64,000 bases of DNA from Longimicrobiales bacterium (GTDB lineage: Bacteria; Gemmatimonadota; Gemmatimonadetes; Longimicrobiales; Gaopeijiaceae), in contig CBDAON010000004.1 of the NCBI GenBank assembly GCA_965198065.1, forward strand, positions 192,001 to 256,000. Direction: 5' to 3'. The stretch's first letter is position 1. Every line of letters starts with the position of its first letter. The position numbers were made by a program, and so were the translations under genes. The notes beneath the pieces are model-generated. The model did no database searches and was not told the DNA's origin. It saw only the letters and a list, made by a program, of their open reading frames with translations. Positions 9,803 through 19,412 of this stretch are shown here, piece after piece.

Positions 9803-10648
9803 GTGGACCGACGACCCGGAGGCAGGACCCGAACACGCGTGCGAATCGTCGAGCGCGAGGGCGCGCGGTGGCGTTCGGACCACGTCGCCACGGAGGAGCC
9901 GCTCGAGATCCGTCTCGTGGCCGGGGGCACCTCGCGAACCGTGGCGATCACGATGCGCACTCCCGGCGGCGACTTCGAGCTCGCGGCCGGTTTCCTCCGC
10001 GGCGAGAGGGTAATCGATCAGCGCGCCCAGCTCCGTAAGATCCGGTACTGCACGGACCCGGAACTGGACACCGATCAGCGGTACAACGTCGTGAGCGTGG
10101 AGCTGTCCACCCCGTCCCTCCCCGAGCTCGGAAAGCTCGAGCGCCACTTCTACACGACGAGCGCCTGCGGCGTGTGCGGAAAGGCGAGCCTGGAGGCGCT
10201 CGAGATCAGGGGCTGCGGCGCTCCACCGCCCGGGCCCGAGGTTAGCGCCGAGGTCGTCCTGGGCCTCCCGGATCGCCTTCGGGAGGCCCAGGGACTCTTC
10301 GCCTCCACCGGAGGCCTCCACGCGGCCGGGCTCTTCGACGCCGCAGGCGAGCCCGTGTGCGTGCGGGAGGACGTGGGCCGGCACAACGCGGTGGACAAGG
10401 TCGTCGGCTGGGCGCTACTGGAGGACCGGCTGCCTCTCACGGATCATTTGCTCGTGGTGAGCGGCCGGTGCAGCTTCGAGATCATGCAGAAGGGCCTCGT
10501 CGCCGGCGTGCCTCTCGTGTGCGCGGTCTCGGCACCCTCCAGCCTCGCCGTGGCCGTGGCCCGCCAGTTCGGAATGACGCTTGTCGGCTTCCTGCGAGAG
10601 AACCGCTTCAACATCTACGCCGGCCAGGAGCGAATCGTCCCATGGTAA
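9803..10648 (+). CDS. fdhD: Formate dehydrogenase accessory sulfurtransferase FdhD
   Basis: EEPLEI, TMRTPG.D, SACGVCG, TGGLHAA, EDVGRHNAVDK, SAPSSLAV. Confidence 0.96.
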   Translation: MDRRPGGRTRTRVRIVEREGARWRSDHVATEEPLEIRLVAGGTSRTVAITMRTPGGDFELAAGFLRGERVIDQRAQLRKIRYCTDPELDTDQRYNVVSVELSTPSLPELGKLERHFYTTSACGVCGKASLEALEIRGCGAPPPGPEVSAEVVLGLPDRLREAQGLFASTGGLHAAGLFDAAGEPVCVREDVGRHNAVDKVVGWALLEDRLPLTDHLLVVSGRCSFEIMQKGLVAGVPLVCAVSAPSSLAVAVARQFGMTLVGFLRENRFNIYAGQERIVPW

Positions 10649-11916
10649 CCACAGCGGATGGAAACCCGACCCGCGGGCGCTGGCTTCTGGCCGGTGCCGC
10701 CGTGCTCATCCAGCTGGCGCTCGGCGCCGTTTACGCGTGGAGCATCTTCGTCAACCCGTTCATCGAACAAATGGGGTGGTCCCGCACCGAGACCGCGCTC
10801 CCGTTTATCGTCACGATCGGCGTGCTCTTCGTCGGCACCTTCGTGGGCGGCCGCATCCAGGACCGGATCGGACCCAGGCCTGTTGTGCTGGCCGGCGGCA
10901 TCATCTACTCCGTGGGAGTCATGCTAGCGTCGCTCGTCGAGACGCCCGACCAGCTCTGGCTCTTAGTCCTCACGTACGGTGTGATCGCCGGGCTTGGGCT
11001 CGGGGCCGGGTACATCGTGCCGATCGCCATGTTGGTCAAGTGGTTCCCGGACAAACGCGGGCTCATCACCGGCATTGCCGTGGCGGGGTTCGGGGCGGGA
11101 GCGCTGGTCACCGCCCCCGTCGCGAACCGGCTCCTGGTGGCGGAGGACGTATCCCAGGTGTTCCTCCCCCTCGGCCTCGCCTACCTGGTCGCCACCCTTG
11201 CCGGCGGCTCGTGGTTTCGGAACCCGCCGCCGGGGTACGCCGTGCCCGGGTTCCAGCCCGGGGTGAAGAGCGCGCCGGCTACCGCCGACTCGTACACGCT
11301 GTCGGAAGCCCTTCACACGCCGCAGTGGTACGCGATGACGGCCATCCTCGCCCTGAACGTCACGGCGGGGATCGCGCTCATCTCACAGGCGGCGCCCGCG
11401 GCCCAGGCAATCACGGGCACAAGCGCCGCGGGAGCGGCGAGTCTGGTCGGCGTGCTCGCGATCTTCAACGGAGCGGGGCGGGTGTTCTGGGGATGGACGA
11501 GCGACCACGTGGGCCGGATGAAGGCCTTTCTCGCCATCTTCGGCCTGCAGGTGATCTGTTTCGGGGTCCTGCCCAGCGCCGCCCCCATCTGGCTGTTCTT
11601 CCTCCTGAGCTCTGTCGTGTACCTCTGTTACGGGGGGGGCTTCGGGACCATGCCGGCGACCGCGGCCGACTTCTTCGGCCCGAAGAACGCCGGCGCCATC
11701 TACGGCGCCGTGATCGTGGGGTGGAGCGTGGGCGGGGTGCTGGGGCCATTCGCGATCGCCGCTCTCACGGACGCCACCGGAGGCTTCGCCGTTCCCTTCT
11801 ATCTCATCTCCGGGATCATGCTGATATCGATGCTCATCCCGGCCTCTCTGCGAAAACCGGAGGAGCGCACGGGGGCAGTGGAGTCGGGCAGCGGCGGAGG
11901 CGTGAGCGCCCGTTAG
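10642..11916 (+). CDS. OFA-family (oxalate/formate antiporter-like) MFS transporter
   Basis: LGAVYAWS, KWFPDKRGLITG, NGAGRVFWG..SD..GR, YGGGFGTMPA; about 12 hydrophobic segments. Confidence 0.88.
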   Translation: MVTTADGNPTRGRWLLAGAAVLIQLALGAVYAWSIFVNPFIEQMGWSRTETALPFIVTIGVLFVGTFVGGRIQDRIGPRPVVLAGGIIYSVGVMLASLVETPDQLWLLVLTYGVIAGLGLGAGYIVPIAMLVKWFPDKRGLITGIAVAGFGAGALVTAPVANRLLVAEDVSQVFLPLGLAYLVATLAGGSWFRNPPPGYAVPGFQPGVKSAPATADSYTLSEALHTPQWYAMTAILALNVTAGIALISQAAPAAQAITGTSAAGAASLVGVLAIFNGAGRVFWGWTSDHVGRMKAFLAIFGLQVICFGVLPSAAPIWLFFLLSSVVYLCYGGGFGTMPATAADFFGPKNAGAIYGAVIVGWSVGGVLGPFAIAALTDATGGFAVPFYLISGIMLISMLIPASLRKPEERTGAVESGSGGGVSAR

Positions 11917-11982
11917 CTGAGCGGGAGTGCGCCGCCGCGGGGAGGCGTGAGCGCCCGTTCGTGTCGCGTCAGCGTGAGCGCC
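11896..11982 (+). repeat. Short direct repeats between convergent genes
   Basis: ggaggcgtgagcgcccgtt at 11896-11914 and 11941-11959; partial gcgtgagcgcc at 11972-11982. Confidence 0.7.
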
Positions 11983-11984
11983 AT

Positions 11985-13268
11985 TCAGCGCACGCGGTTC
12001 GCGGCGATCCAAACGCCGTGGATGTCTCGGGTGCCGAGGATGTCCTCTCGAGGGTCTCGGTTCAAGACGAGGAAGTCCGCCCAGGCACCAGGCCGAATCG
12101 TGCCCACCACGCCATCCAGCCCGATGCACCGCGCGGCTACGCTTGTGGCCGAGGTCAGCGCCTCCTCCGGCGTGAGCCCCGCGTCCACCATTATCTCGAG
12201 CTCGAGATGCTCGAAGTAGCCCTGGAAGCGACCGGTCGGGCCCGTGTCCGTCCCCATTGCAATCCCCACGCCCGCCCGGTGAAGCTGCACCATGTTTTCC
12301 ATGGCCAGGGGGAACGATTCCCTCCAGTACTCCGCGCTCGCGCTCCGAGATTGCGCCTGCCGCCGGGGCGTGAGGAAGGAGTCGAGGCGCGGAGGCGCCG
12401 ATCTCTCCAAGAAGAAGGGATCGTCGAAGAAGTCGGGTCGCTCGGCGTAGACGAAGGTGGAGAGCTCCCGCGTGAGCGTGGGCACCAGGCACGCGCCGCT
12501 GGCCCGCATCAGATCGATCAGCTCCTCGTCTACGGGGAGGTCCCGAACACTGTGGGCAACGAGCGCGGCACCGGCGTTCACCACGCTCTTCGCATCCTGG
12601 AGCTCCGTGATGTGGACGGCCACGGGGAGGTTCCTCGCATGCGCCGCCGCGATCACCGCCGCGTGCGTTTCCCGGCCACGCGAGCCGGTGACGTGCATCT
12701 TCACCCAATCGACGCCCATGGCGGAAACTCTCGCCACCTCCCCGGCCGCCGCCGCGGGCGAAGGAGGCCTCAGGCTCGGCCCGGAAACGAAGAGGCGAGC
12801 GCGGCGCAGTTGGGGACTCCACCGCTCCTCCCGCATGTGCTCGGCGTCGTCCCCTAGGCTTAGGACCGTCGTGACGCCATAGTGCGCGTAGATCTCGAGC
12901 TGCTCGGGGATCGACGACCGGTCACCCGAATCGTTCACGTGACCATGCGCGTCGATTAGCCCAGGAAGCAGCCAGCGGCCCCCCAGCTCGATGACCTCGG
13001 CATCCGGTGGCACTACGACGGATGCCGAGGGGCCAACCTCCGAGATGATCCCCGCTCGCGACACGACTGTGCCGGCTTCCAGCGCGGGGGCCCCGGCGCC
13101 CGTCCAGATTCGCGCGTTCGTGAAGGCCCGAACGGTGGGACCCAAGCCCGCTGCGGCGCCGGGCCCGGGAGCGCCTTGCGCTCCGTCGCCCACCCGGGGC
13201 TCCGCGCAGCTCGCGAGAGCCAGGGCCAGGGACGCAGGTAGAAGGACCGCTGTGCTCGCGCGCCTCAT
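11985..13268 (-). CDS. Amidohydrolase family protein, probable lipoprotein
   Basis: Signal ending LALASC; LLPGLIDAHGH, VAVH, VAHS, MGTDTG, GTIRPGAWADF. Confidence 0.88.
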   Translation of the reverse strand: MRRASTAVLLPASLALALASCAEPRVGDGAQGAPGPGAAAGLGPTVRAFTNARIWTGAGAPALEAGTVVSRAGIISEVGPSASVVVPPDAEVIELGGRWLLPGLIDAHGHVNDSGDRSSIPEQLEIYAHYGVTTVLSLGDDAEHMREERWSPQLRRARLFVSGPSLRPPSPAAAAGEVARVSAMGVDWVKMHVTGSRGRETHAAVIAAAHARNLPVAVHITELQDAKSVVNAGAALVAHSVRDLPVDEELIDLMRASGACLVPTLTRELSTFVYAERPDFFDDPFFLERSAPPRLDSFLTPRRQAQSRSASAEYWRESFPLAMENMVQLHRAGVGIAMGTDTGPTGRFQGYFEHLELEIMVDAGLTPEEALTSATSVAARCIGLDGVVGTIRPGAWADFLVLNRDPREDILGTRDIHGVWIAANRVR

Positions 13269-13789
13269 GAGGGGTTCTCGACTCCCGCGCTTCGACCGGC
13301 GGGTCCCGACCGTTGGTAACGAGGCGAGTCCGCACGAAGGACGCCGTTGGTCAGGATCCTCGCCCGGAGCCCACCCTTCCCCGCCAGCGCTTTCTCCGCC
13401 ATCGGCGCAAACGCGTGGTCCATCCAGTAGCACGGGCTGCAGTGGGCAACTCCCAGGAACTCCACTCCCTGGACGCTGAAGCGCCGCCCGATGAGCTCGT
13501 TCAGCCGAACGCCCCGGGTCGTGACGTTCCGCCGGAACACCCCCGGGTGGCGGTCCGAAACGTCCAGGGTACGACAAAGCTCCTCGTAAACCTCCAGCTC
13601 GAAAAAAGTGATCTCTCCCGCATAACCCGGCATGTGGCCGTAGAAACGGTCGCCCACCACTCCGCGGCCGGTCACGCAGCGCACCTCCTCGACCTCCACG
13701 GTCGGGTACTCGCCGGGCGGCTGGCCGTGATGCCCGAAGAAGTTGTGTCCCGGGGAGACGTACAGGTGGGCGATCGAGATGTCGTTCAC
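13265..13789 (-). CDS. MOSC domain protein
   Basis: SPGHNFFGHHG, GRGVVGDRFY, FRRNV, CSPCYWMD, GGLRARIL; GTG start inferred. Confidence 0.85.
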   Translation of the reverse strand: MNDISIAHLYVSPGHNFFGHHGQPPGEYPTVEVEEVRCVTGRGVVGDRFYGHMPGYAGEITFFELEVYEELCRTLDVSDRHPGVFRRNVTTRGVRLNELIGRRFSVQGVEFLGVAHCSPCYWMDHAFAPMAEKALAGKGGLRARILTNGVLRADSPRYQRSGPAGRSAGVENPS

Positions 13790-13889
13790 TGGCACCTCAC
13801 CAGCCGAGTGTCCCTGCCGAGCCCGAAGGACCGGCGCGTCCCGGAATAGTAGCCGCCCCCATGGAGGGGCTGAGGTTCCCCTGGTCCGG

Positions 13890-14260
13890 GCAGCTGCGAG
13901 CCGAACCGGTAGCTGACCAACACGCCGTGGAGGAGGTGGAGAACCGGAGGGGGCTCCCTGCCCTGGTCGTAGCCTGAGGCGTGTAGACGTAGACCTGCCG
14001 GGGCCATCCCCGCCACTCGCGAGTCGTGGGTCCGGAGCTCGACCGTTCCGTGAGCGACGCGCCGGACACGGAGACTTCCTAGGCCCCGGGCGCCCTGAGC
14101 CTGAGGTAACCGCGCGGTCGGCGTGGACCTCCGGCGGGAGGACAGAGCGAGTGCCGCCGTGTTGGAGGTCGGCCAGCGGTGCCGCCCCACCGGGGCCACA
14201 GGCCGGAACCAGCGCAAGGAAGAGGGGGGTGATGGCCGCCGGGTTACTACGGTTTCGCAC
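13890..14260 (-). pseudogene. Eroded CBM48-like/alpha-beta hydrolase esterase gene remnant
   Basis: Fragments in different frames: RBS ggagg plus GTG with a signal-like peptide, PEVHADRAVT, VAHGTVELRTHDS, RQVYVYTP, GYDQGREPPPVLHLLHG; 3' boundary approximate. Confidence 0.6.
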
Positions 14261-14510
14261 GTTTACCTCCGTCCGATCGAGCCCGCCGAGGCCGGCAGAG
14301 GCTTCCCGGTGGCGAACCCGCATCGGGACCAAGGTGCCGTCGGAGGTCGCGGACGGCAAGCCGGATCGTTTGCGTAGCGGCGCCTTCCGACGTAACATGC
14401 GTCCACACCCCCCCGGCTCGTGCCGGGCGGGGTCACAAGTGTTCGGGGCTCCGGCCCGGCGCCCAGGTGGCGCGCCGCCGCGAAGCCCCCTTAGGGAAGA
14501 GAGGCCATCG

Positions 14511-15698
14511 ATGAGATCGAAGCGGGGGATGGCCGGCGCCGCCGGTCTGGTCCTGGCGCTTGGCGTGCTGTGGCTCGCTCAGGGACAGCTCCAGAACAGA
14601 GTGGAGGCCCAAAGCGCGCAGGCACCAATGTTCCAGGTGGACCCGTTCTGGCCGAATCCGATGCCGAATGCCTGGCTGCTGGGTAGCTCCATCGGCATAT
14701 GGGTGGACGACTCGGACGTGATCTGGATGGTCCACCGCGGCAACCTCACTGGAGGCGAGGCCGGGGCGGTCGATGGGGGGGCCGAGTGCTGCATCGCGGC
14801 GCCGCCCATCCTGGCGTTCGACCTAGAGGGGAACATTGTCCATGCCTGGGGGCCCGAGGCGGGAGCCATGTACCAGGGGGCCGAGTGGCCCTCCTCGAAC
14901 CACGGGATCTTCGTGGACCACGAGGGCTACGTCTGGGTCGGCGGCAACGGCGGCGGTGATTCGCACGTCCTGAAGCTCACCCAGGAAGGGAACGTGGTGC
15001 AACAGTTCGGCCACGCGAACGCCCGGGCCGACGCGTCGGGCAACATGGTGCGCGGGAGCCACGACATGGAGAGCTTCGGCCGCGTGGCCAAGATCTTCGT
15101 GGACGAGGTGACGAACGAGGTGTACCTCGCGGACGGCTACTTCAACCGGCGCGTGGCGGTCCTGGACCAAGAAACCGGCATGGTGGACCGCTACTGGGGC
15201 GCGTATGGGAACCCGCCCGACGACAATTACGAGCACCCGGAGGGTGGCGCCGTGTCGCAGCAGTTCCGGGGGCCGGTGCACTGCGCCGACGTGTCTGTTG
15301 ACCGGCTCGTCTACGTCTGCGACCGCGGGAGCAGGCGGATCCAGGTCTTCACAACCGCAGGAGAGTACGTGAGCGAGCACTTCTTCGGAAACATCGGTGC
15401 CTCGACCTGGGACGTGGCCTTCTCGCCCGACCCGGAGCAGACCTACATCTATATCCCGGACGGGACGAACCAGAGGGTCCGCGTGGTGCTTCGCGAGACG
15501 ATGCAGGAGCTCACGACCTTCGGCCAGGGGGGACGCTACCCGGGCATGTTCTTCGGAGCTCACAGCATTGCCACGGACTCGTTTGGCAACATCTACACGA
15601 CGGAAACCTACGAGGGTAAGCGCATCCAGAAGTTCGCGTACATGGGTATGCGTGCCGTGAACGCTCGGGTGCAGGGCCCGACGTGGCCCGGGCAGTAA
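14511..15698 (+). CDS. Secreted NHL-repeat beta-propeller protein
   Basis: Signal peptide; FQVDPFWP, NHGIFVD, YLADGY.NRRV, YVCDR..RRIQVF, HSIATDS.GNIYT. Confidence 0.85.
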   Translation: MRSKRGMAGAAGLVLALGVLWLAQGQLQNRVEAQSAQAPMFQVDPFWPNPMPNAWLLGSSIGIWVDDSDVIWMVHRGNLTGGEAGAVDGGAECCIAAPPILAFDLEGNIVHAWGPEAGAMYQGAEWPSSNHGIFVDHEGYVWVGGNGGGDSHVLKLTQEGNVVQQFGHANARADASGNMVRGSHDMESFGRVAKIFVDEVTNEVYLADGYFNRRVAVLDQETGMVDRYWGAYGNPPDDNYEHPEGGAVSQQFRGPVHCADVSVDRLVYVCDRGSRRIQVFTTAGEYVSEHFFGNIGASTWDVAFSPDPEQTYIYIPDGTNQRVRVVLRETMQELTTFGQGGRYPGMFFGAHSIATDSFGNIYTTETYEGKRIQKFAYMGMRAVNARVQGPTWPGQ

Positions 15699-15737
15699 CG
15701 ACGAGTCACTAAAGAGACTCGTCCGTCGACCGAAGGG

Positions 15738-15777
15738 GGGCAGTGAGTGATCCGCGAGAGCGGATCACTCACTGCCC
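15738..15777. terminator. Perfect 18-bp hairpin, likely bidirectional terminator
   Basis: gggcagtgagtgatccgc-gaga-gcggatcactcactgccc between convergent genes; a second 8-bp hairpin at 15700-15723. Confidence 0.65.
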
Positions 15778-16187
15778 AGCAGGTCCGCCTCCGAGAAAAA
15801 AACCGCGATCTCCCGAGCGGCGTTCTCCTCGGAATCCGAGGCGTGGATCGCGTTCCTCTCTGTTGAGTTCGCATACAGGGCCCGGACCGTGCCGGGCGCG
15901 GCTTCCGCGGGATCCGTAGCCCCGATCGCCTCGCGAAGCCGTGGAACAGCATCGTCCGCCTCCAGCACCATTGGAAGGACCGGCCCCGAGGTCATGAAGG
16001 AGACCAGGGACGGGAAGAAGGACCGGTCCCGGTGGACTGCGTAGAACGCCTCCGCCTGAAGCCGGTTCAGTCGCGTGAAGCGGCACGCCCGGAGCCGGAA
16101 GCCCCCTGCCTCGAGGTGAGCCAGGATCTTGCCCGCATGGCCCGCCGAAATCGCGTCCGGCTTCAGGATGGCCAGGGTCCTCGTCAT
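15765..16187 (-). CDS. ndk: Nucleoside diphosphate kinase
   Basis: TLAILKPDA, FMTSGP, GATDP..A.PGTVR, NAIHASDS. Confidence 0.97.
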   Translation of the reverse strand: MTRTLAILKPDAISAGHAGKILAHLEAGGFRLRACRFTRLNRLQAEAFYAVHRDRSFFPSLVSFMTSGPVLPMVLEADDAVPRLREAIGATDPAEAAPGTVRALYANSTERNAIHASDSEENAAREIAVFFSEADLLGSE

Positions 16188-16337
16188 CGTCGGCTCGCTC
16201 CGTGTGGACGTGTACACTGATGGCCTACAACGGATGAACACTCGGCATGACCGGCACCTCGTGCCGTTGTCTCGCGGTGGCCGGGTCGCAGGCTCGGAGC
16301 CGAATGGGTCGCCCGGCTCGACGATCGCCGGTCTCGC

Positions 16338-17213
16338 TCAACGTCCCCCGAAAAGGGCTCCGAGGACGGCGTCCCGGGTCAGGATCCCCACGATCTCCCC
16401 TTCCCTGACGACCGGAAGCTGCGCTACGTCCTTGTTGACCATGAGCTGGGCCGCGTCCAGTAGGTCCTGCTCTTCGGGCACGCACATGACGGACCGGATC
16501 ATCGCTTGCCGGGCGGTGGCCGTCCAACGGCCCTCTCCCTCCGACCCACCTCGCCCCTTCTGCTCTAGCGCGTGTCTCAAGGCGTCACCGGCCGTCACGA
16601 CGCCCACGAGGTGGAGGTCCTCGCCGACGACGGGCAGTGCCTGCAACCCCTTCCGGGCCATGAGATCCACGACCTCCTGGAGCGGCGTGTCCGGAAAGAC
16701 CCGGTAAGACAGTGGGACGAGAACGTGCTCGACTCGGAGCGCCTCCGTAAGCTCGATACTCATGAGCCGCCGGGAGGACCGGACCTTGTCGGGCCCGGCG
16801 GCAGCGAGGATCCTCGACTCCACGGCCGGATCCCGGAGCACGCGCGCCAGGTTCTCGAGGGCCCCGCCTTTCACCTCCTGAGAGCGGGGCGTCACGAGGA
16901 CGAGGACGACTCTGGGACCCGGCGCATCGTCTGCCTCGGAGTCCAGAGGCGTGAGAGAGTTGGCGGCCACCCCCAGGGCCGCGACGGCCCCTTCGCCGTC
17001 TCTCGGCCGGAGGCTCAGCACCAGCGTGTTCGGAGACACGCGGCGAACGCTCCCTCCCTCACCCGTCTGCGCCCTCCGAATCCGTTCCTCTGCCGAGCGC
17101 ACGTCGGGCGTGCCCCCCTCGTCCTCGAGGAGCAGCGCGAGGGCCTCGGCCACCGAGGCCGCGGTGAGCCCTAGCTTGATGCGCTCGGGGGAGAGGAGTT
17201 CCGACAGCCGCAT
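16338..17213 (-). CDS. CBS-pair protein with degenerate PTS EIIA-like N-terminal domain
   Basis: MRLSELLSPERIKL start and LARVLRDP typical of EIIA(Ntr/Fru) folds; C-terminal LPVV..LVGVVT.GD and LPVVREGEIVGILTRD CBS motifs. Confidence 0.75.
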   Translation of the reverse strand: MRLSELLSPERIKLGLTAASVAEALALLLEDEGGTPDVRSAEERIRRAQTGEGGSVRRVSPNTLVLSLRPRDGEGAVAALGVAANSLTPLDSEADDAPGPRVVLVLVTPRSQEVKGGALENLARVLRDPAVESRILAAAGPDKVRSSRRLMSIELTEALRVEHVLVPLSYRVFPDTPLQEVVDLMARKGLQALPVVGEDLHLVGVVTAGDALRHALEQKGRGGSEGEGRWTATARQAMIRSVMCVPEEQDLLDAAQLMVNKDVAQLPVVREGEIVGILTRDAVLGALFGGR

Positions 17214-17248
17214 GGTCGTTTCGCGGGGTGTCCCGGATCCGTCGTCCG

Positions 17249-18136
17249 TCAGGCCCGCAGTGCCTTCCTAACGAGGTCTCGGATCTCGACCGGGCGACGC
17301 GCGACGGCGATTCCGTTCTCCTCGAAGGCCGCGATCTTCTCCTCCGCGGTACCCGCCGACCCAGAAATGATGGCCCCCGCATGGCCCATCCGGCGACCCG
17401 GGGGCGCGGTCTGACCCGCGATGAAACCGACCAGCGGAACCGAGAGGTGCTCCTTCGCCCACCGGGCTGCTGCCTGCTCGTCCGTCCCCCCGATTTCCCC
17501 GATCATGACGACGGCCTCGGTTTGACGGTCGTCCCGAAAAGCCGCGAGACAGTCGATGAAGCTCGTGCCAATGATCGGGTCACCCCCGATGCCCACGCAG
17601 GTCGTCTGGCCGATTCCGGCGAGCGTCAGCTGGTTCACGGCCTCGTAGGTGAGGGTGCCGGAGCGCGAGATGACACCGACCGGGCCGGGCGTCGTGATCT
17701 GGGCTGGAATGATCCCCACCTTAGACTGGCCGGGCGAGATCAGTCCCGGGCAGTTCGGCCCGAGGAGCCTCGTTCCCCGGTCCCCCACCATCGCGAGGGC
17801 GCGGGCCATGTCCTGGACGGGAATACCCTCCGTAATGGCCACGATGAAGGGAACGCCGGCGTCCGCCGCTTCCATGATGGCGCTGGCCGCGAACTGGGGT
17901 GGCACGTAAATGACGGAGGCGTTCGCGCCCGTCTCCTCGACCGCGCGCTCAACGGTGTTGAAGATGGGGACGGTCGATCCGTTCCCGGTATCAAAGCTCT
18001 GCCCGCCCTTCCCCGGTGTGACCCCCGCAACGACCGCTGTCCCGTACGCGAGCATCTGCGCTGTGTGGAACGATCCGTCCCGTCCGGTGATTCCCTGGAC
18101 GACGAGACGAGTCGTGCGATCGATGAAGACGGCCAT
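17249..18136 (-). CDS. sucD: Succinyl-CoA synthetase alpha subunit
   Basis: [37 protein letters not shown]. Confidence 0.97.
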   Translation of the reverse strand: MAVFIDRTTRLVVQGITGRDGSFHTAQMLAYGTAVVAGVTPGKGGQSFDTGNGSTVPIFNTVERAVEETGANASVIYVPPQFAASAIMEAADAGVPFIVAITEGIPVQDMARALAMVGDRGTRLLGPNCPGLISPGQSKVGIIPAQITTPGPVGVISRSGTLTYEAVNQLTLAGIGQTTCVGIGGDPIIGTSFIDCLAAFRDDRQTEAVVMIGEIGGTDEQAAARWAKEHLSVPLVGFIAGQTAPPGRRMGHAGAIISGSAGTAEEKIAAFEENGIAVARRPVEIRDLVRKALRA

Positions 18137-18138
18137 GG

Positions 18139-19269
18139 CTACTCCGCGAGCCGGACGGCCTGCTCGACCACCTCGTCCATGGACGCATAGGCGGAGAGGC
18201 CCCGTTCCTTTAGGATCGCGATTCCTTCCGCCTCGTTCGTTCCCGTGAGGCGGATCACGATCGGCGGATCGATCGCGATCCGATCGGCCGCCTCGACGAT
18301 CCCCCGAGCGACGTCGTCGCATCGGGTGATCCCACCGAAGATGTTGAACAGGATCACTTTTACGTTCGGGTCCGCCGTGATGATCTCCAGCGCCGCCACC
18401 ACCTTGTCGGGGTTCGAGGAGCCCCCAATGTCCAGAAAGTTGGCCGGCTCGCCCCCGTGATACTTGACCAGGTCCATGGTGGCCATGGCGAGCCCCGCCC
18501 CGTTCACGCAACATCCCACGTTCCCTTCCAGCTTCACGAACGAGAGCCCGGCCTCCCTGGCCTTTCGCTCGGCGGGCGGCTCGGCCGCCGTGTCCCGGTA
18601 GGCCTCGATGTCGGGAAGATGGTAGAGGGCGCTGTCGTCGATCGTGACCTTCGCGTCGATGGCCTTCACCTTCCCCTCGGGCGTCACGATGAGGGGGTTG
18701 ATCTCGGCCAGCGAACATGATCTCACCACGAACGCATCGTACAGGCGGGAGACGATCTTCGAGGCCTGCTTGGCGACGTCCGGATCGTCGTACAGGAAGG
18801 CGGCGATCCCGTAGGCCTGGTGCCGCAGGAGCCCGTACCGAGGATCCACGTGCACCTTCCGGATCGCTCCCGGCCTCGAGTGCGCCACCTCCTCGATGTC
18901 CACACCACCCTCCGCGGACGCCATGACGACGGGGGCCTTCCGACTCCGATCGATCAGGACCGCCACGTAGGCCTCCTTTTCGATCTCTTCCGCCGAAGTG
19001 ACGAGCACCTTGCGGACCGTGAGCCCCCGGATCTCCATGCCGAGGATCCGGGCCGCGTGCTCCCGGGCTTCCGCGGGCGAGCTCGCGAGCTTGACCCCAC
19101 CCGCCTTCCCCCGTCCTCCGGAGTGCACCTGAGCCTTCACGACGACCGTTGGGCCCAGCTGCATCGCCACGCGCTCAGCATCCTCGGGGGTCTCTACGAC
19201 CTCTCCGGGAGGCACCGGAATTCCGGCCTCGCGGAAGAGATCTTTGGCCTGGTACTCGTGCAGGTTCAT
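18139..19269 (-). CDS. sucC: Succinyl-CoA synthetase beta subunit
   Basis: [50 protein letters not shown]. Confidence 0.98.
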   Translation of the reverse strand: MNLHEYQAKDLFREAGIPVPPGEVVETPEDAERVAMQLGPTVVVKAQVHSGGRGKAGGVKLASSPAEAREHAARILGMEIRGLTVRKVLVTSAEEIEKEAYVAVLIDRSRKAPVVMASAEGGVDIEEVAHSRPGAIRKVHVDPRYGLLRHQAYGIAAFLYDDPDVAKQASKIVSRLYDAFVVRSCSLAEINPLIVTPEGKVKAIDAKVTIDDSALYHLPDIEAYRDTAAEPPAERKAREAGLSFVKLEGNVGCCVNGAGLAMATMDLVKYHGGEPANFLDIGGSSNPDKVVAALEIITADPNVKVILFNIFGGITRCDDVARGIVEAADRIAIDPPIVIRLTGTNEAEGIAILKERGLSAYASMDEVVEQAVRLAE

Positions 19270-19412
19270 CGACCCTCGGTGGCGCCGGGGGCAAAAGAGT
19301 CAGCAAGGTACGGAGAGCGTCGGGAGGCGATCAAGATCGGCCCGTCCCCAGAAGTCGCCGGGCGGTGGCGCCCATTACTCGCCCGCCCGTCGCCGGGCCG
19401 CTCGATGACACG

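Noticed and set aside
11896..11982. Possible mini-CRISPR array
   Set aside because: Only two 19-bp repeats plus an 11-bp partial one, unequal spacers, overlap with a coding end, no cas genes.
10581..12857. Long shadow ORFs (758 aa here; also 1478-2755, 22183-23556, 58842-60509 and similar)
   Set aside because: Off-frame or antisense to well-supported genes; Arg/Pro/Gly-rich translations expected in high-GC DNA.
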